Source of the DNA: an uncultured virus (IMG/VR IMGVR_UViG_3300042914_003776)
Lineage: Duplodnaviria > Heunggongvirae > Uroviricota > Caudoviricetes
IMG/VR virus record: IMGVR_UViG_3300042914_003776
Span: 1-64,000 of that record
DNA: 64,000 nucleotides
Reading direction: 5' to 3' (one strand)
A program made the position numbers and the translations under genes. Below the pieces are notes generated by a model. The model did no database searches. It was not told where the DNA came from and saw only the letters and a program-made list of their open reading frames with translations. This document shows positions 60,128-64,000 of the stretch, one piece after another. Within the stretch, counting starts at the first letter, position 1, and each line of letters starts with the position of its first letter.

Positions 60128-60718
60128 TTATCGACTGTCGTTGTCAATAGTATTAGAATATTTTTTCCAAATTTCTAAATCTAGTTCAGCCGGGCTTTTG
60201 TGAGCTTGGTCACAGTAATCTAAAAAGATTCGTTCCAATTCAGCGTATTTCTTGTTGGTCGGAGTGCTTTTGGGCGCGTCGTGTCCCTGTTCTCTTAACC
60301 ATCGTAAAATATGGGTGTCTAGCACTGCATGCCTAGCATTACGTTGCGAGTGCACCACAAAAAATGAAGCGGTCTTTCTTCCTACTCCATAAACTTGTTC
60401 AAGATCATCGGCCTTAACACACGACAAAGAATCTTTTAGCTTAACAATTTCGCTGAATGCCCGGGTAATTCTTTTATATTGACCCAATTTATGAATTTGT
60501 GTTACTCGCAAAAGGGCCGAGTCGGATATCTTGTTAAGATGAATAATCCACTCAAATGGGGTCATTGTGCCCATCTGACAAGGGGTAAACAAAAAGCTTT
60601 CAAGCTTTCTTGCGGTTTGACGAGCGTTCTTGCCTGCAACCAAAATAGAAAACAAGGCGAATTCTTCTAACTCAAACTGACTACGATCAAATTTTGTAAT
60701 TTGCTCTGGAATAATCAT
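60128..60718 (-). CDS. HhH-GPD DNA glycosylase (8-oxoG glycosylase-like)
   Basis: GVGRKTASFFV, AVLDTHILRWL, YAELE, ELDLEIW. Confidence 0.85.
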   Translation of the reverse strand: MIIPEQITKFDRSQFELEEFALFSILVAGKNARQTARKLESFLFTPCQMGTMTPFEWIIHLNKISDSALLRVTQIHKLGQYKRITRAFSEIVKLKDSLSCVKADDLEQVYGVGRKTASFFVVHSQRNARHAVLDTHILRWLREQGHDAPKSTPTNKKYAELERIFLDYCDQAHKSPAELDLEIWKKYSNTIDNDSR

Positions 60719-60972
60719 CCTTTTGGCTCCTTATGTAAGTATTATACTATACAAACTAAGAATGTCAATAGCTAGAATTTATTTCAAAAGAAATTTCGTA
60801 CTTATCAGATTCCGGCTGGGCCTTTACTGTAACCCTGTTCACCTGAGTAGTAGCACAACCTGTACACAATACAACCAAGATCAAAACTAGATATTTCATA
60901 TTCTTAACTCCTTATACCATATATATCGGCAAGGCGTCAAGAGAACATGAGATAAAAAAGAAAAAAGATATA

Positions 60973-61021
60973 CCCCCCGAAAGAGGGGGCCCGGCCGGCC
61001 CGGCTCCCCCCGTTAGAGGGG
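60973..61021. repeat. GC-rich twin-hairpin element, copy 4
   Basis: Same architecture as copy 1. Confidence 0.9.
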
Positions 61022-61236
61022 TAGCACTTTGGGGGTATTAGTCTTCTAAATTAAAACCAAGAACTTCAGCGATTACTTGACACTTTTCTATCATGCATTC
61101 AGAATGACCAAGCAAATCATCGAGACTGTCACCTGTTTCAAAATCAATTGGTTCGATACCACCTTCGTTAACAATTTTATTGAAAGAGCTGTACATCTCC
61201 TGCACTAAATTTTTAACTTCATTTAACTGAGCCGCT

Positions 61237-61623
61237 TTAACAAAAAACTCCATCGCACTGTCCTCTCAACTTAGATTTACAACCTTCCATTCCTAACCAC
61301 ACAACATCTGCATTATACACGGCTTTTTCGTTGTTGTCAACAAAAGAGCAGTATTTATAAGGATTATATTTAATGGGGCGATTCCAAATACCTTCAAACG
61401 AAGGTGTCCTAATCTCCAAGCGTTCTGCAACAACGTAAGCATGAACATTCTTACGCTGATCTTTTAGGACACGTTTCCGGCCCTTCTGCGAGACCCTAAA
61501 TTCTACGTTATAGGCGATTATATTTGTATGGTGGCCGACCACCTTGCCCCGGTGCTTAACAGAGTAGCAATCTCTATGCAAGTTCCAATAAACGTAATAG
61601 CGGGCTTTACTCATGGCTTTCAC
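61237..61623 (-). CDS. conserved phage hypothetical protein
   Basis: VYWNLH...GRKRVLKDQRKNVHAYV...YNPYK. Confidence 0.65.
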   Translation of the reverse strand: MKAMSKARYYVYWNLHRDCYSVKHRGKVVGHHTNIIAYNVEFRVSQKGRKRVLKDQRKNVHAYVVAERLEIRTPSFEGIWNRPIKYNPYKYCSFVDNNEKAVYNADVVWLGMEGCKSKLRGQCDGVFC

Positions 61624-61815
61624 TTATAATAAACCAAATAAATCTCGTCTGCGTCCATTTTATACCCTGACTTATCGCCTGTCAAGAGGTCATTTACTGG
61701 AAAAAACTCATCGCCAAAAGAAAAGTTTTCGTCAGCCGCAAGAACTTCTACTTCTTGTCTTAGTTGCTCGGGTGAAAGCCTCTTAAGCTTTTCTAATAAT
61801 TCTTTATAGGTCATG

Positions 61816-62205
61816 TCATTTCTTTTCTCCAATTAGATATACAACTTTACCATTCTCAGAATCATCAAGTTCAACATTGAAGTGTAAACTGTATTCTTTT
61901 TCATACCTTGCTTTAAGTTTTTGAAGTGCCTCAATGGCTTCATCAATACTATTACACTCAAAAATATCCCAAAGATCTATGTGTTTAATCAGCCTATCTT
62001 CCATTACTTTCTCCTTACGAGGCTTTCGCCCCGCTCCTTCGCGTTTTCCGCCGTGGGTCATGTACAATCTCCGCCTTTCGTCTACTGAACGAGTTATCAC
62101 CGCTATGATGCTGTTGCCCTCGCATGAGTCACAAATTGAAGTGTTGTGTGAATACAACAATGAACCGCATTTCCTACAATTTTTCATATTCGACACTCGC
62201 TGCAT
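61816..62205 (-). CDS. hypothetical protein with HGGKREGAGRKP motif
   Basis: CxxC N-terminus, basic GGxRxGAGRKP motif. Confidence 0.5.
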   Translation of the reverse strand: MQRVSNMKNCRKCGSLLYSHNTSICDSCEGNSIIAVITRSVDERRRLYMTHGGKREGAGRKPRKEKVMEDRLIKHIDLWDIFECNSIDEAIEALQKLKARYEKEYSLHFNVELDDSENGKVVYLIGEKK

Positions 62206-62587
62206 TCTCTTGGCTCTGATAATTCAACAATGTGCCACTCTGTATCGTCGTCCTCGCAATAAAGCAGGGCCGAATCGTGGTCAATAAATGGGCCAACAAA
62301 ACTTAATCCGTCTACAAAATTACCATAAACAATTACAAACATATTATTTTCCCTTTCTCAAAGCCCTTACAGTAAGTCTTAAACTAATCATTGCTAGCTC
62401 TGGACTTGGCCCTTGACCGTGACAATTAGCAAACTCGCCACCTAATAAAGTAGCAACATATAAACCGTTCCAGTGACTAAATTGAATGTGTGCCTTGATA
62501 TCCATTGCTTTCTCCTTTACGATGATTATACACTATACATCGTCACTGTCAAGGCCCGGAGTTTAATAAAAGATATATTTTTCTTTA

Positions 62588-62637
62588 CCCCCACAAAAGA
62601 GGGGGCCCGGCCGGCCCGGCGCCCCCCGTTAGAGGGG
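62588..62637. repeat. GC-rich twin-hairpin element, copy 5
   Basis: Same architecture as copy 1. Confidence 0.9.
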
Positions 62638-62648
62638 CTACCTTTTAG

Positions 62649-62855
62649 CTAGTTCTTGGCAACGATCTTTTTGAGGCTCAGCGTTCGATAGCCACCGTTT
62701 GCACAATCGACGGTGATATACTTGCCATTAGGGCCGATACCCCTCTTTTCAACTACTCCACTGATAGAACGCAAGATATTGCGATTACCATGCAAAGGAT
62801 AAAAAACATCGACCACGCTACCAACTTTAGCACCGATAGCCTTAAAAGAAACCAT
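62649..62855 (-). CDS. small SH3/WYL-like beta protein
   Basis: VFYP...RSISGVVEK...YITV...GYRTLSLKKI. Confidence 0.45.
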   Translation of the reverse strand: MVSFKAIGAKVGSVVDVFYPLHGNRNILRSISGVVEKRGIGPNGKYITVDCANGGYRTLSLKKIVAKN

Positions 62856-63205
62856 ATAAAATCCTTAAAAATAATAAATTTTAAACAAAGGATGCGACAG
62901 CTACATCTCTGCAACTGTCGCACCCCCACACAAAGAAAAACTACGCTTCTTTAGTCGCAAACTTTTCAGCCTGATCTTTTCGGTAACGCTCTTGACGCTC
63001 AACAAGGGCTTTAATTAGAGAGTCTAGGCCAGACGCTCCAACCTTAACGGAAACCTCGTTATTCTCGCTGTCACGAAATTCGATTGAATCGTAATTCCAA
63101 CCAATATAGGTCGTAGAAGCATCAAACGAAACCGACTGTTTAACCTTGAGCATTTTAGCTCTCCTAACAAAGAAATGAAACTTACACTCTAATTATACCG
63201 GGCGA

Positions 63206-63475
63206 TCAATGATTGTCAAATTTCAGACCGTTAATTTCAAAATACTTTTCGCAATCATTCTTGGAGTCAATCAAGCTCTTTCCGGTGCGTTCCTTATAAA
63301 GTTTAACACACGCAAGCTTACCACGATGCTGACCCTCATACTGTTCTTCAACAGTCAAATAAATAGAATGAGCGGTCACTTCACAAAGCTTAATAATTAA
63401 CTTTGCTACGTGAGAATCCAAGAAAGGGGCAGACTTTGCCGCATTCAATAAATGTCGGATGGCTTCAGTATTCAT
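63206..63475 (-). CDS. protein with ribosomal L7/L12 C-terminal-like motif
   Basis: KLACVKLYKERTGKSLIDSKNDCE resembles KIxxIKxxRxxTGxxLKEAKxxVE. Confidence 0.55.
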   Translation of the reverse strand: MNTEAIRHLLNAAKSAPFLDSHVAKLIIKLCEVTAHSIYLTVEEQYEGQHRGKLACVKLYKERTGKSLIDSKNDCEKYFEINGLKFDNH

Positions 63476-63494
63476 TCGTTTTCTCCTTTTCCTT

Positions 63495-63522
63495 ATTATA
63501 CATTATCGACAGAGGTTGTCAA
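63495..63522 (-). promoter_or_regulatory. sigma70-type early promoter
   Basis: TTGACA-ACCTCTGTCGATAATG-TATAAT. Confidence 0.85.
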
Positions 63523-64000
63523 GTTCTTTAGTAAAAATCTTACAAGTTCTTTCGGCCCGGCTTGCCCTAATTAATAGGGGGAAAACTAATCTTTTCCAAA
63601 ATAATCTATGCTATCGTTATTGTGCGTTAACCCCTGCTTGGTCAATTCTCCAACAACATCGATAATCCCTTGATCTCGGTAAAGTCTTACCAAATAATCC
63701 ATACAAAATTGCTTCCATTCGTCAACACTTATTTCCCCGGATAGAAACAATCTTCGAACGTCGTCATAACTTGACCTATCATTCCATTTCATTTCAATTC
63801 CCCTTTGTGCTAATAATCGTACTGACCGTGATCCCAGTCATCGCCGCCCATGTAATCCTGCCATTCCGTATATTCGTCCGGCTGGCCGTCGTCGTAGTTC
63901 TCGTTGGCTTCCTCGTCGCCCCAAAACTGGGCCATTTCCTCGGCGGTCAACTCTGGGCCATTGAATTCATCGCACTGAGACTTTTCAAAACTAGACATTT

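Overview
64-kb segment of a large, AT-rich lytic dsDNA phage genome, almost entirely minus-strand coded, standard genetic code. Two DUF1501 genes and a DUF1559 gene point to a Planctomycetota host (inference). Left part (1-39 kb): replication, nucleotide and late genes (dUTPase, RecA/UvsX, PhoH with a class 3 intein, class II RNR, sigma factor, holin-like and papain-like proteins, glycosyltransferases, ThyX, dCMP deaminase, rIIA/rIIB, ABC-GNAT fusion, DUF6745-like pair) and a tmRNA. Middle (39-43.5 kb): a tRNA array with many non-canonical tRNAs, invaded by two endonuclease genes. Most striking: (i) about 18 translationally coupled 24-76 aa mini-genes built from a 12-nt CAAGTC-NGG-NNC (Q-V-x-x) unit, shuffled as head/body/tail mosaics and lying next to a DUF6745-like gene that lacks this repeat; (ii) several tRNA-scaffolded RNAs whose anticodon/variable region is replaced by large or nested inserts; (iii) a GC-rich twin-hairpin element repeated upstream of early promoters, whose core hexamer GCCCGG is strongly over-represented window-wide; (iv) an iteron-like origin candidate and large structured intergenic RNAs. 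All calls come from manual reading and motif recognition; no database searches were run.
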